In this document: positions 49,946 through 60,008 of the stretch, in pieces
Layout: each line of letters starts with the position of its first letter
Position numbering within the stretch: the first letter of the stretch is position 1
Assembly: GCA_964517685.1 (NCBI GenBank)
Contig: CAZFCF010000003.1
Coordinates: forward strand, 47,706-111,705
DNA length: 64,000 bases
Origin: an uncultured Gammaproteobacteria bacterium
GTDB lineage: Bacteria > Cyanobacteriota > Vampirovibrionia > LMEP-6097
Reading direction: 5' to 3'
Translations under genes and position numbers: made by a program
Notes under the pieces: generated by a model
Databases searched by the model: none
What the model was told of the DNA's origin: nothing
Seen by the model: the letters and a program-made list of their open reading frames with translations, nothing else

Positions 49946-49967
49946 TTTTTTTGAATTAAATAAACTC

Positions 49968-50190
49968 TAAACTGCAAATTAATTTGTGAGATATAAGTGA
50001 GGCTTCTATGGATTCAACTGCATTCCGCTTGAAGTAAATCAAGCTCGCCTTGAATTACACTCCGTGTGATCGAAATTTTATTAAAAGCTTTATATTCGCG
50101 AACTTCGCGGCTCGCTGATTTACTGATCAAGCTTCATTTGTTTCATCGCATAGCACCTCAAAATATCTCACAAACTAATTTGCAGTTTAA
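49968..50190. repeat. MITE-like element (family D): 28-bp terminal inverted repeats around a 166-bp core
   Basis: ctaaactgcaaattaatttgtgagatat (49968-49995) versus atatctcacaaactaatttgcagtttaa (50163-50190). The core holds further inverted repeats (cttgaagtaaatcaagc ... gcttgatcagtaaatcagc-like). Confidence 0.6.
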
Positions 50191-50229
50191 CAATACAAGG
50201 CTGATAGCACACTTAATAATTATTTTCTG

Positions 50230-50400
50230 AAGTGAACTTATGCAGCGAAACGTGACACAATTTGCAAGTCAAAAGCATTGTAGTCCGTAGGGGAAGGCCG
50301 TTGGGTGCCACCCCGAAGGACGTTAAGCAATGCTTGTAGGCGAGCAAATATTGTGTCCGTGAGCGAATCGTGAACGAAGGAAATAATTATTAATGTGCTT
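50230..50400 (+). ncRNA. candidate structured 5' leader / riboswitch upstream of purH (class unresolved; ZTP/pfl-type is the a priori expectation)
   Basis: Nested long-range pairings: acacaatttgc (50252-50262) with gcaaatattgtgt (50345-50357); agcattg with caatgct (50273-50279 / 50329-50335); gtcc..ggac enclosing a GC-rich gggtgccaccc hairpin. There is a cgtgac segment. GC-rich relative to the flanks. The first purH-side gene starts at 50409. Confidence 0.25.
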
Positions 50401-50408
50401 ATTGGTAG

Positions 50409-52016
50409 ATGCTAAAATCAAAGTTTGTGAAAAAAAAGGCATTGATATCGGTATGTGACAAATCTAATTTAGATCTGCTTTTGCCAGCACTTGAGAAAAA
50501 CGATTACGAATTTATTAGTACTGGTGGTACAGCTAAATACATCAAAGACAAAGGCTTCACTGTGCTTGAAGTCTCTGAATTTACAAGTTTCCCTGAATTA
50601 CTTGAAGGTAGAGTTAAGACTTTGCATCCTAAAGTTCTGGCTGGTATTTTGGCTTTAAGAGATAAAGACTCACATATGCAAGAGTTAAGCACTCATCATA
50701 TAGAGCAGATTGATTTAGTTGTAGTGAATCTATATCCTTTTGAAGAAGTAATCAGTAAGGATGATACAAGCTTTGAGAGTGCAATTGAAAATATTGATAT
50801 TGGTGGTCCAACTTTACTAAGAAGTGCTGCTAAGAATTTCAAATCAATAACAGTTTTATCGAACCCCTCTCAGTATCAAGAGTTTGCAACTTTGCTAGAG
50901 CAAAATGACAAACACAACTTATTAGCCTTCCGTGAAAAAATGGCTATAGAAGTTTTTAAATTAACTAATAGCTATGATGCTTTGATTGCTTCATATTTAA
51001 ACGATAAATTATTACAAACTCCAATTGGTGCTTCTTATAAAGTTGGCTCTGAAGCTAAAGCGCTTGCTGAAGCTCCAGAAACTATTAATTTGGATTTAAA
51101 ATTAAAGCAAAAACTTAGATATGGCGAGAATCCACATCAGTGGGCTGGTTTCTATGTTTCTGAAAACCAATCACTCACTGGTCTTGCAACTGCTAAACAA
51201 TTAAATGGCAAAGAAATTAGTTTTAATAATTTACTGGATCTGGAAGCTGCTTGGGATATTGCAAATGAGTATGATGCCACAATTCCTTGCGCTGCGATTA
51301 TCAAACACAATAATCCTTGTGGTGTTGCAATTGCTCCAAATGCAGCCTTGGCTTTTTCGGACGCACTTAGTTGCGATACGGTAAGTGCTTTTGGTGGCAT
51401 TGTTGCAATGAATGTGGAAGTTGATGAAGCTTGCGCGCAAGAAATGTTACAAATTTTTCTTGAAGTGATTATTGCACCTAAATTTTCTCCAGAAGCTTTA
51501 CAACTCTTAAAGGGCAAGCCTAATCTACGTTTACTTGAATGTGATTTTGTGCAAACAAATAATTTTGATATTAAGAGAGTTTCTGGTGGCTATCTAATTC
51601 AAGATTTTAATAGTAAGCTCTTAGAAAAAGAAAAACTTAAAACCGTTACTAAGACTGAAGTTGAGGAATCTAATTGGGTTGATTTAATTCTTGCTTGGAA
51701 AATCGTGAAGCATGTTAAATCTAATGCAATAGTCGTTGTTAAAGATGGTAAAACTATTGGTATAGGTTGTGGTCAAACCAATCGTGTGAAATCAGCTGCT
51801 GATGCTTTAGCTCATTGTGACTTTGATACGCGAGGTGCAGTGCTGGCATCTGATGGTTTCTTGCCATTTGCAGATAATGTAGATTTAGCTGCTCAAAACC
51901 ACATCTCGACTATCATTCAGCCCGGTGGTTCTATTAAAGATAAAGAAGTAATTGAAGCTTGTGATAAAGCTGGGATCGCGATGGTTTTCACTGAAACTCG
52001 TCATTTTAAACATTAG
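50409..52016 (+). CDS. purH: bifunctional AICAR transformylase / IMP cyclohydrolase (PurH)
   Basis: N-terminal MGS-like domain (KKALISVCDKSNLDLLLPALEKNDYEFISTGGTAKYI...RVKTLHPKV) and an AICARFT C-terminal domain. 535 aa. Confidence 0.85.
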   Translation: MLKSKFVKKKALISVCDKSNLDLLLPALEKNDYEFISTGGTAKYIKDKGFTVLEVSEFTSFPELLEGRVKTLHPKVLAGILALRDKDSHMQELSTHHIEQIDLVVVNLYPFEEVISKDDTSFESAIENIDIGGPTLLRSAAKNFKSITVLSNPSQYQEFATLLEQNDKHNLLAFREKMAIEVFKLTNSYDALIASYLNDKLLQTPIGASYKVGSEAKALAEAPETINLDLKLKQKLRYGENPHQWAGFYVSENQSLTGLATAKQLNGKEISFNNLLDLEAAWDIANEYDATIPCAAIIKHNNPCGVAIAPNAALAFSDALSCDTVSAFGGIVAMNVEVDEACAQEMLQIFLEVIIAPKFSPEALQLLKGKPNLRLLECDFVQTNNFDIKRVSGGYLIQDFNSKLLEKEKLKTVTKTEVEESNWVDLILAWKIVKHVKSNAIVVVKDGKTIGIGCGQTNRVKSAADALAHCDFDTRGAVLASDGFLPFADNVDLAAQNHISTIIQPGGSIKDKEVIEACDKAGIAMVFTETRHFKH

Positions 52017-52585
52017 TCTATTGGGATCATCAAAGACATTAATCCTGCGATCTTGTTCTCTAATTCAAGAATCCTGCCAGGACTTCCTCCCGGCTCTTTG
52101 TTCTTATTTGCGAACAATGCATTAGCAAGAGCTATTTCTAATTGATGAATTTGTTTCTCAACATCATCATTGTGAGAATCTTTTTTTAATTCCCAAAGTG
52201 AGTCCAGTTTATCTAATTGTTCATCTAAACTTATATCTGGCAGTTTGCTAACTATTAAATCGGCTAAACCTGCAAGTAAAGTTGGAATGCTTTCTGCCTC
52301 TGCTTTTGACTTATTGTGGCTGAAAGTGTTTAATAAATTTTTTGCCGCTAAGCCTTTGTTTTTATGTATTTCTTTAACTTTAACTGGAATTGGTAGAGTC
52401 AGTAAAACTTCTTCGTAATGGTTACTAGGTATATTAAAGTGATTTTTTAAACCAAGGGCATTAGTAGTTTTAGTAGTGTTTTGACCTTGCAGTAATTTAT
52501 CTATTTTCTGACTAATGAGATCATTGAGATTTACATGCAAGGAAGCATTGGGTTTAGAAGCTTTGCTTATAATTAAATCTTTCAT
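52013..52585 (-). CDS. hypothetical protein (190 aa)
   Basis: ORF only. Its stop codon overlaps the purH stop (convergent). Confidence 0.35.
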   Translation of the reverse strand: MKDLIISKASKPNASLHVNLNDLISQKIDKLLQGQNTTKTTNALGLKNHFNIPSNHYEEVLLTLPIPVKVKEIHKNKGLAAKNLLNTFSHNKSKAEAESIPTLLAGLADLIVSKLPDISLDEQLDKLDSLWELKKDSHNDDVEKQIHQLEIALANALFANKNKEPGGSPGRILELENKIAGLMSLMIPID

Positions 52586-53052
52586 TATTCTAGTTAAAAT
52601 TATTCAGTAACGAAATTATTCTTTGATGCTTTGTTTTTTTGAATTAGGTTACTAAGCATAGTAATTTCTTCGCGCTCATTGCGTTCTTTATAGTTATATT
52701 CAGGATCTCCTAGTATCTCTGAACTATTATCGAAATCCAGCAGAAATTTTTTGTATTCTTCAGTTATATTTGGTGAAACTTTTTTACTACTGCTAATTGT
52801 TATATCCTGGATTAAGCCGTCAGGACGATCTAAGGTTCCCTCTCTGTCATCAGTCCAAAAATGGATGTATTTTTCTAAGAGAGTTTTTTTCTCTCGACCT
52901 TCAAATAGTTGATAATTCTGTGAACCTTGTGCTTTCAGGGCAAATTCCTTTCTTTTAATTTGGTACGCTCAATTTAAGTAGCAGCTGTAATTTAAAATGC
53001 GGTTAAAAAGCTAGAATATATACAAAGGTTCTTAATGTAACCTTAATCTACA

Positions 53053-54981
53053 ATGCAAAATATTGAAAAACTAATAAAAGATTTCCCAAGTCCTGAGCAA
53101 ATCAAGGCTTTGGCACCTGATGGTGGCGATGATTGGAATCGTTTGATTTTCCAGCAAAGCCCTTATTTATTGCAACATGCAGCAAATCCCGTGAATTGGT
53201 TTCCTTGGGGTGATGAGGCATTTGAAAAAGCTCAAAGAGAAGGGAAGGCAGTAATGCTTTCTATAGGCTATGCCACTTGCCACTGGTGTCATGTGATGGA
53301 ACATGAGTGTTTTGAAGATTCTCAAGTTGCTGCGGTATTGAATGAGAATCTGGTTTGTATCAAGGTTGATAGAGAAGAGAGACCTGATATTGATAATCTA
53401 TATATGACCTTAGCCCAAATCCTTATTAAAAGAGGGGGCTGGCCTCTAAATATTTTCCTGACTCCAGAGCGCAAAGCTTTTTATGCTGCGACATATGTGC
53501 CCAAGCACTCAAGACATACTCCCAATGGGGTTTCCTTGGGTATGCTTGATTTAATTCCAAGAATTGCCGATCATTGGAGAAATCAACGTGAGCAAGTTTT
53601 AGCTTCTGCTGAAAATCTATTAGATGTTTTCAATCAATCTAATAAAGGTCATAGCCAAGTTATAGAGATCAATGATGAACTGCTAGATGAGATTTATCAA
53701 ATAACTTTTGAGCAATTAGAAAAAAACTTTGATAATAAATTTGGTGGCTTTGGTCCTGCGCCGAAGTTTCCTTCACCTCATATACTTAGTTTTCTTTTGG
53801 AATACCACAAGCGTAAGAAAAATGACCATGCACTGGCGATGGTTGAAAAGACCCTTACTGAGATGCGCTTGGGTGGTATCTTTGATCAAATTGGTAAAGG
53901 CTTTCACCGTTATTCGACTGATACAGAATGGCTTTTACCGCATTTCGAAAAGATGCTTTATGATCAAGCTACTTTACTTACAGCTTATGCAGAGTGTTAT
54001 AGCGCTACCCAAAATCCTTTTTACAAAAATGTCATTAATGAAATATTTGAATATCTAAATCGTGATCTGCTTTCACCTCATGGTGCTTTCTATAGCGCAG
54101 AAGATGCTGATAGTGAAGGCGAAGAAGGTAAGTTCTATGTTTGGACTACTGAGGAACTTAAAGCTGTTCTTTCGGCAGAAGATTATGAGCTTGCGGTAAA
54201 ACTTTTTCATTGCTACGAAGAAGGTAATTTTACCGATGAAGCTAGTCACGAAAAAACTGGTGCCAATATTTTAATTTTGGATAAAGTTAGTGATTTAGAA
54301 AATCAAAAACTGGCATCTATTGTTTCTAAGCTTTTTACAGAGCGTAATAAAAGAATTAGACCTCTACTTGATGATAAACTCCTCACAGACTGGAATGCCT
54401 TGCTAGCAGTGGCTTTGATCAAGTGTACAAAAGCTATAGGTGATAATAAATTTTTAGATTCTGCTAAAAAGATCATTGAGTTTATTTTTAAAGAACTTTA
54501 TCAAGATGGGAAATTATATAAGTCATATAGAAAAGCTAGGTCTGAGGTGCTTGCTTGTATTAATGATTATTCGTATCTAACTTGGGCGTTACTAGAGCTT
54601 TATGATCTGGAATCTAATCAAGACCACTTGAATAAAGCTCTGGCTCTAATTGATACCATGCTTAAAGAATTCTGGGCAGAAGCTGAAGCTGCATTTTGTT
54701 TTAATTGCAAAGACTCCAGTGAAATTCCTGCAAGAAATTTTGAGTTATATGATGGTGCAATTCCTTCTGGTAACTCAGTTGCGTTTTTGGTTTTGAATAA
54801 GGCTTTTAAAATCACTCAGAATATTAGTTATAAAATCACTTATGAGAAATTATTTTCTAGTTACATCTCAGACTTAGAGCGTTATCCAGCAGGCTATGCT
54901 CAATTCACAGCTGCACTGAAATATTGCTATTCAGATTACCAAGAGACTAAGTTTGTTTGTACCGAAAACGGCTGCTTTTAG
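53053..54981 (+). CDS. thioredoxin-domain protein of the DUF255/YyaL family (thioredoxin domain plus six-hairpin glycosidase-like domain)
   Basis: [45 protein letters not shown] (Thioredoxin_7 CxxC), then a long alpha/alpha-toroid-like region. 642 aa. Confidence 0.7.
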   Translation: MQNIEKLIKDFPSPEQIKALAPDGGDDWNRLIFQQSPYLLQHAANPVNWFPWGDEAFEKAQREGKAVMLSIGYATCHWCHVMEHECFEDSQVAAVLNENLVCIKVDREERPDIDNLYMTLAQILIKRGGWPLNIFLTPERKAFYAATYVPKHSRHTPNGVSLGMLDLIPRIADHWRNQREQVLASAENLLDVFNQSNKGHSQVIEINDELLDEIYQITFEQLEKNFDNKFGGFGPAPKFPSPHILSFLLEYHKRKKNDHALAMVEKTLTEMRLGGIFDQIGKGFHRYSTDTEWLLPHFEKMLYDQATLLTAYAECYSATQNPFYKNVINEIFEYLNRDLLSPHGAFYSAEDADSEGEEGKFYVWTTEELKAVLSAEDYELAVKLFHCYEEGNFTDEASHEKTGANILILDKVSDLENQKLASIVSKLFTERNKRIRPLLDDKLLTDWNALLAVALIKCTKAIGDNKFLDSAKKIIEFIFKELYQDGKLYKSYRKARSEVLACINDYSYLTWALLELYDLESNQDHLNKALALIDTMLKEFWAEAEAAFCFNCKDSSEIPARNFELYDGAIPSGNSVAFLVLNKAFKITQNISYKITYEKLFSSYISDLERYPAGYAQFTAALKYCYSDYQETKFVCTENGCF

Positions 54982-55080
54982 GGACCGCACCCTCGCCAAT
55001 TCGCCTAAAGTAAAGGGTTGTCCCAGCAACCCAAATATTACTTTGATTTTAGGCTAAGAGGCGGGAGTGCGACCCCAGAA

Positions 55081-55737
55081 TTACGCCACCGAATAACTAT
55101 AACTTTCCAAAATCAAGCCACTATATTTCAATGTAGAAAAACTTTCAGACCAGTCAATGCGCGAGACTGAGGCTGCTGGTATATCTATCCTGAAGAAATT
55201 CTCTACAGGAATTTCAAGTGCATTCATTATCATGGCTTTGATTACACCAGCATGAGTTACTAAAATTATTTTATTACCAGTAGTGTAATTTTTGAGAATG
55301 TCGCTTTGGGCTCTGCCTACTCGTGCCACAAAATCTTTAACACTCTCACCTTCTGGTGGCGCAAAGTTAATAGGATCGTTAGACCATTTCTCCCACATCT
55401 TAGAATTCTCTTCTCGTATTTGCCAATAGGTTTTACCTTCCCACTCGCCTTCTTTCTTCTCAACTAAACCGCTATGTTTGTAGTAAGTAGAAAGCTGTGT
55501 GTATTTGGCAATAATATCTGCGGTTTGTACTGTCCTTGCAAGTGGGCTCGCGAAGATCGATTCAACATGCATATCCGAGAACCAAGTGCCCATGATTTCT
55601 GCTTGTTCCACTCCTTCAGTAGTAAGAGCCACATCACTATGCCCGCAAATAACACCTTTCTTGGTGGCAATAGTTTCACCATGTCGGATTAAAAAAATTG
55701 ATTTGATATTTTCAGACGAATCTAAGAGGTCAACCAT
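55081..55737 (-). CDS. histidine phosphatase family protein (phosphoglycerate mutase-like, branch 1)
   Basis: IFLIRHGET catalytic RHG motif, and the downstream H at LVTHAGV. 218 aa. Confidence 0.65.
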   Translation of the reverse strand: MVDLLDSSENIKSIFLIRHGETIATKKGVICGHSDVALTTEGVEQAEIMGTWFSDMHVESIFASPLARTVQTADIIAKYTQLSTYYKHSGLVEKKEGEWEGKTYWQIREENSKMWEKWSNDPINFAPPEGESVKDFVARVGRAQSDILKNYTTGNKIILVTHAGVIKAMIMNALEIPVENFFRIDIPAASVSRIDWSESFSTLKYSGLILESYSYSVA

Positions 55738-56863
55738 TGTTTGTATCTACTTTCTTTGAATATTTTACCAGTGCTGCAGCTACAAGTCCGCTAATAGGAA
55801 TAGAAAGTAACAAACCAATACTAGCAACAACTGCAGCTGTTAACTCTGTAGCCACGACTTCTATATTGAGAATGCGTAAACCTGGTTCATCAGAAAAAAG
55901 AATGAAAAGCGGTAAGGAAGCGCCTGCGTAAGCAAGAATAAGAGTGTCAGTCATAGTTGCCATAATGTCTTTGCCAATATTCATTGCATGGCTAAATAGT
56001 TCTCTAAAACTTTGTGTGTTGTTAGCATCGTTGAGTTCTTGTACCGCACTGGCTATCGATATCGCCACATCCATCGCTGCTCCTAAGCAAGCAATCAAAA
56101 CTCCAGCAGCAAGAATCTCTTGGTAATTTAAACCTTTATTTGCATAGTTGGCTACCATGATCTGCGCTTCAGTACTTGCCATGCCACTCAATGGTGCGAA
56201 TTTAATTACAGCAATGGCAATTAAACCTGCAGCTGTAACACCACCAATGGTTCCAATTGAAGCCGCAAGAGCTTTCTTGGTGAAGCCTGCAATAAAAATC
56301 ATTGTAAGAGCTGTCATGAAAGAAGAAATCATAATGGCAAGTAAAATTGGACTCTGACCAGCTTTGATTCCTGGAATAAAGACAGTAATTAAAATATAAC
56401 CGGTAAGAACTAAACAGAGAATAGATTTAAAGCCTTTCATTCCTCCAAACAAAATAACTAAAGCAAGAAATCCACTTATAAGAGCAATTATTACTGGCTC
56501 TCTATAATGGTCAGCAAGATAGACCTGATCCATTTCATGATCAAAATTTATAATATATTTTTGACCTTTTTTCGCTTCAATAGCAAAGGCTTGAAAATCT
56601 GGAACACTATTAGTCAGAAAAAATTCATCATAACTATCATGATTTTTAATTCGGACTTTTACGATTTGCTCTCTAATGCCTTCTGCATTGCGTGATTCAG
56701 TGACATCTAAAACTTCTCCAATTTTAGTTATCATTTCTGGTTCTGCCAGCTCGCTTTCTTTTGCTAAGGCAAAATTACAACTAATAGAAAGTCCTAATAA
56801 CAAAATGACAGTAATGTAAAATCTTTTTAAAAATAATTCCAAAAAATACTCCTTGTAGATCAT
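55730..56863 (-). CDS. YibE/F-family polytopic membrane protein
   Basis: 377 aa with an N-terminal signal/TM, a soluble segment, then 6-7 TM helices rich in G/A/I. Resembles YibE/F-like proteins. Confidence 0.45.
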   Translation of the reverse strand: MIYKEYFLELFLKRFYITVILLLGLSISCNFALAKESELAEPEMITKIGEVLDVTESRNAEGIREQIVKVRIKNHDSYDEFFLTNSVPDFQAFAIEAKKGQKYIINFDHEMDQVYLADHYREPVIIALISGFLALVILFGGMKGFKSILCLVLTGYILITVFIPGIKAGQSPILLAIMISSFMTALTMIFIAGFTKKALAASIGTIGGVTAAGLIAIAVIKFAPLSGMASTEAQIMVANYANKGLNYQEILAAGVLIACLGAAMDVAISIASAVQELNDANNTQSFRELFSHAMNIGKDIMATMTDTLILAYAGASLPLFILFSDEPGLRILNIEVVATELTAAVVASIGLLLSIPISGLVAAALVKYSKKVDTNNG

Positions 56864-56983
56864 ATGACCTAGGTAATCAGGACTAATTTTAACCTTAAGG
56901 AACTAATAAATGGTTTAAAAAAACTAGTTAATTCCTTCCCTTGCTTTATCTAGATACAATGGGTACTGGGCTTAACATACTAC

Positions 56984-58018
56984 ATGGGTAAAAGTCAAAG
57001 CTCTATAAGAAGTTGGACCAAGCGAATGAAAGTCGCTGCAATGCTCGTGCTTATGGATCAAGAAGCAGCTGCAGGTGTGCTTAGAAGTTTTGATGATGAT
57101 CACGAAGTAATTGCTCTTGCAAAAGAGATTTCAATGGTTAGTACTGTTAGTGAAGCTGATCAAGAAATTTTATTAAATGAGATGTATGATGCACTACAAA
57201 TACAAAAAGGTGTTGCTAGTGGAAGTTTAGATTTAGCTGAGAACATGTTGGTGCAAGCTTATGGTCATGAGGGTGCTAATGACATTATCGACAAGATGAC
57301 GAACACTATTCAAAGGGTACCTTTTGAGTTCTTGCGTATCGTAGATCCTGAGCAGATAGCAAACACTATCCAACATGAACATCCACAAGTTATAACATTG
57401 CTTTTATCACATTTGAAAATTGAAAAAGCTGCAAGTGTTTTGCAAAATCTTCCTGAAGGTGTTAGATCAGACATTGCTATAAGGCTTGCAAAAATGGATA
57501 GAACGAATCCAGAAATTCTTTCTGTGGTTGAAAGAATTTTGGAAAGAAGATTTGCTGGGATTATGTCTCAGAACGAAATTCAGAATACTGTTGGTGGTAT
57601 CGAATCACTTGCAGAAATCCTCAACCGTGTTGATAGAAATACTGAGAAGAGAATTCTTGAAGATCTGGAAACTATTGACCAAGCGCTTGCTACAGATATT
57701 CGTAACTTGATGTTCGTATTTGAAGACATTATTAGATTGGATGATAAATCTATTCAGAGATTGCTTCGTGATGTTGATTCTAGAGATCTTGGACTTGCTC
57801 TGAAAGGTGCTCCTGAAGATATTCGTGTGGCATTCTTTAGAAATATGTCTGAGAAAGCATCTAAGCTTATGCAAGATGATATCGAGATGATGGGTCCAGT
57901 ATTGATGAAGGATGTATCAGAAGTACAAACCAAAATTGTTGGTATTGTTAGATCACTTGAACAAGCTGGTGAGATCATTATTCTTGGTAATAGTGATGAA
58001 GACATGTTCATTGAATAA
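56984..58018 (+). CDS. fliG: flagellar motor switch protein FliG
   Basis: The C-terminal torque helix region (IRNLMFVFEDIIRLDDKSIQRLLRDVDSRDLGLALKGA...) is the FliG signature. 344 aa. Confidence 0.8.
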   Translation: MGKSQSSIRSWTKRMKVAAMLVLMDQEAAAGVLRSFDDDHEVIALAKEISMVSTVSEADQEILLNEMYDALQIQKGVASGSLDLAENMLVQAYGHEGANDIIDKMTNTIQRVPFEFLRIVDPEQIANTIQHEHPQVITLLLSHLKIEKAASVLQNLPEGVRSDIAIRLAKMDRTNPEILSVVERILERRFAGIMSQNEIQNTVGGIESLAEILNRVDRNTEKRILEDLETIDQALATDIRNLMFVFEDIIRLDDKSIQRLLRDVDSRDLGLALKGAPEDIRVAFFRNMSEKASKLMQDDIEMMGPVLMKDVSEVQTKIVGIVRSLEQAGEIIILGNSDEDMFIE

Positions 58019-58149
58019 GAAACCATTCGCAAATTCGTCATACCTGTCTCAATTTTCAAATTATTGTTAATTTCAGAGGATTTAGGCTGTTTCAGGCTAT
58101 TATAAAAAAGCCTTTGGCTTTGAACGCTTTTTGAGGACTTACTAAACAT

Positions 58150-58235
58150 GGGTAGGTGTCCGAGTGGCTAAAGGAGGCAGACTGTAAATCTGCTCACGTA
58201 AGTGTTCGCTGGTTCGAACCCAGCCCTACCCACCA
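58150..58235 (+). tRNA. tRNA-Tyr (anticodon GTA), long variable arm
   Basis: gggtaggtgtccgagtggctaaaggaggcagactgtaaatctgc...ggttcgaacccagccctacccacca. Acceptor stem GGGTAGG/CCTACCC, anticodon loop ctGTAaa, T-loop GGTTCGAAC, encoded CCA. Collinear with E. coli tRNA-Tyr. Confidence 0.85.
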
Positions 58236-58354
58236 TTTTTAAGTTTGCGCATAATTAAGTTCGAACTCAGCGAATCGCTGGTTGATCCTTAGTAATGCGA
58301 CCTTCGGTCGCGAGCCCTACCCACCATTTTTAAGTTTGCGCATAATTAAGTTCG
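58223..58354 (+). repeat. 41-bp direct repeat duplicating the tRNA-Tyr 3' end (att-like)
   Basis: gccctacccaccatttttaagtttgcgcataattaagttcg occurs at 58223-58263 and again at 58314-58354. The copies are separated by about 50 bp that contain a small hairpin (gcgaccttcggtcgc). Confidence 0.8.
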
Positions 58355-58440
58355 GGTTCGAACTATCCTCTTTTAACTAAAACTTAAATTATAAATGCTA
58401 ATCCTGGAATAGACCTTTATTCAAATCACAGGAGATTATT

Positions 58441-58809
58441 ATGGTACAACCAGTTACATCTTTTACGCGTACTAGAGATTACTTTCAACAAAATATGGGA
58501 GCAATCATTGGCGGCTCTACGGGAGCAGCGGCAGGATTCCTATCTACTGGTAGTCTTGATAAAGCAGTCCTTGGTGGAAAAATGGGAGCTAGCTTTGGTG
58601 CGCATGCACAAAATGTGGTGGAAGAAACTTTGAATGAAGAATTCATTCCTAAAAAAGGAGCAGTGCCAGCTTCCTTAGATTCAAACAAGTTTCCCGGTAT
58701 TCAACAACAGAACCCATCATCTAAACAGGAAATAGAAGCTAAGGCGGATAAACCAGATCCCATGCAAAATTGGCAAGACAAAGGTGGTTGTCCTTGCTGT
58801 AATACTTAA
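58441..58809 (+). CDS. small glycine-zipper protein with Cys-rich tail (122 aa)
   Basis: GAIIGGSTGAAAGFLSTGSLDKAVLGGKMGASFGAHA is a GxxxG/glycine-zipper segment. The C-terminus is GGCPCCNT. No signal peptide. Confidence 0.4.
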   Translation: MVQPVTSFTRTRDYFQQNMGAIIGGSTGAAAGFLSTGSLDKAVLGGKMGASFGAHAQNVVEETLNEEFIPKKGAVPASLDSNKFPGIQQQNPSSKQEIEAKADKPDPMQNWQDKGGCPCCNT

Positions 58810-58897
58810 GTAAGGTTTTGATTCGGCTCATAAAGATGATAAATGCGGCTCATTTTGACTAGAAGATGAGCCGTATTTGCTCTTTGGGTGAGCCGAA

Positions 58898-59980
58898 TTG
58901 CATGATAAGATAATCGACTCAATGTTTGTTCAATCTGCACATACCATCAAAGACTCTCCTCGTGACCTTTCTAGCTTTAAAGAGAAATTGTTTCCAGGCA
59001 ATATAACAGCCTATAAAGTGGATTGGAAAGCTAACGGAAGTCCACAAGAGTTCCCGATCAAATCTGCGCAAGAGCTTGGAATTTCTGAAAAAGCTTTTAC
59101 GGCTATTAAAATTTTATTTCCCTATTTGGATAAAGTTTTTAGAGCAACTGGCGCTCAATTTATACCGCAGCAACATTCTACTGTTGCTAATCATTTAGCA
59201 GGTCTACAAAATTTATGTGATGAAATTTTTATTGTAGAACCTAGATTAAAATTTACAGAATCACAACAAGTTCGATTCGATGACCTTGCTAAGCAAACTA
59301 GGCTGGTATTAATGTTGCATGATATTTCTGAAATTCCTGGAGAAATATCTACTTTCTGCCAAAGATTACCCAAAGAAAAACTCACAGAGACTACTATTAC
59401 AGAAACTGATCGTCAAGAACTCGAGCAGCGAGTTGCAAAGAAATTAATTTGGCATTCTTTAAAAGCTGCATATGCAAACAGAAAAAGCTTGCCTAGAAAA
59501 TTACATCAAGCAATAACTAAGTGTCAAGATCAAGTCAGTAAGCAAGTTTCATTACCTGAAGAGCGATATAAATTAGTTGATGAGTTTTATAAATCTCTTC
59601 CTGAAATTGATGATAATTATGGAAGCAAAAAGTTTAAACAAGACTACGAAAAACTGTGGCAGGCTTACTTACCAGAGAAGAAAGGTAAAAATGCAATTCA
59701 TAATATGGCAATTGCAGCTTTGGCTAAATTAATTGATAAACTTGAATCAAAATTTCATTGTGCAATTGTTGGAGATTATTCCAAATTTGATTTTGAACCA
59801 AAATATATTATTGAAAAAGAATTTGCTCAGTTCAAAGAATTTCGTGAAAAATATTCTCACCTTTTACTATCTCCAATTTTGAAAAATTTAGCTAATTTAT
59901 TTAAAACTAGTGTAACAATTTACAGAGAGTGGCCTCAATTGGGTAGAGCGCTTGAAGAATTTAGGCTATGGGAGCATTAG
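58898..59980 (+). CDS. HD-domain protein (YfbR-like metal-dependent phosphohydrolase N-terminal half plus C-terminal extension)
   Basis: H...H (QQHSTVANHLAG) followed by LVLMLHDISEIPGEIS. This matches the HD motif arrangement of 5'-deoxynucleotidase YfbR (..YHDASEVLTGD..). 360 aa. Confidence 0.5.
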   Translation: MHDKIIDSMFVQSAHTIKDSPRDLSSFKEKLFPGNITAYKVDWKANGSPQEFPIKSAQELGISEKAFTAIKILFPYLDKVFRATGAQFIPQQHSTVANHLAGLQNLCDEIFIVEPRLKFTESQQVRFDDLAKQTRLVLMLHDISEIPGEISTFCQRLPKEKLTETTITETDRQELEQRVAKKLIWHSLKAAYANRKSLPRKLHQAITKCQDQVSKQVSLPEERYKLVDEFYKSLPEIDDNYGSKKFKQDYEKLWQAYLPEKKGKNAIHNMAIAALAKLIDKLESKFHCAIVGDYSKFDFEPKYIIEKEFAQFKEFREKYSHLLLSPILKNLANLFKTSVTIYREWPQLGRALEEFRLWEH

Positions 59981-60008
59981 TAAGCCCTTTTAGTCTAGAA
60001 TTGATACT

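Noticed and set aside
50230-50400. RNase P, SRP or tmRNA identity for the structured region upstream of purH
   Set aside because: Fragments such as gtccg..ggaagg vaguely recall SRP/RNase P motifs, but the hallmark conserved blocks (AGGAAAGUCCGGGC for RNase P; GGAAGGAAGCAGCC for SRP domain IV) are absent.
52600-52850. Possible ~80-aa minus-strand ORF in the 467-bp gap between the 52013-52585 gene and 53053
   Set aside because: My manual translation gave a length that is not a multiple of three, so the frame is not continuous. Not in the ORF track. Left unannotated.
58223-58354. Possible CRISPR array (repeated 41-bp unit near tRNA)
   Set aside because: Only two copies. The repeat is simply the tRNA-Tyr 3' end plus downstream flank. 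No cas genes. Interpreted as an integration-site duplication instead.
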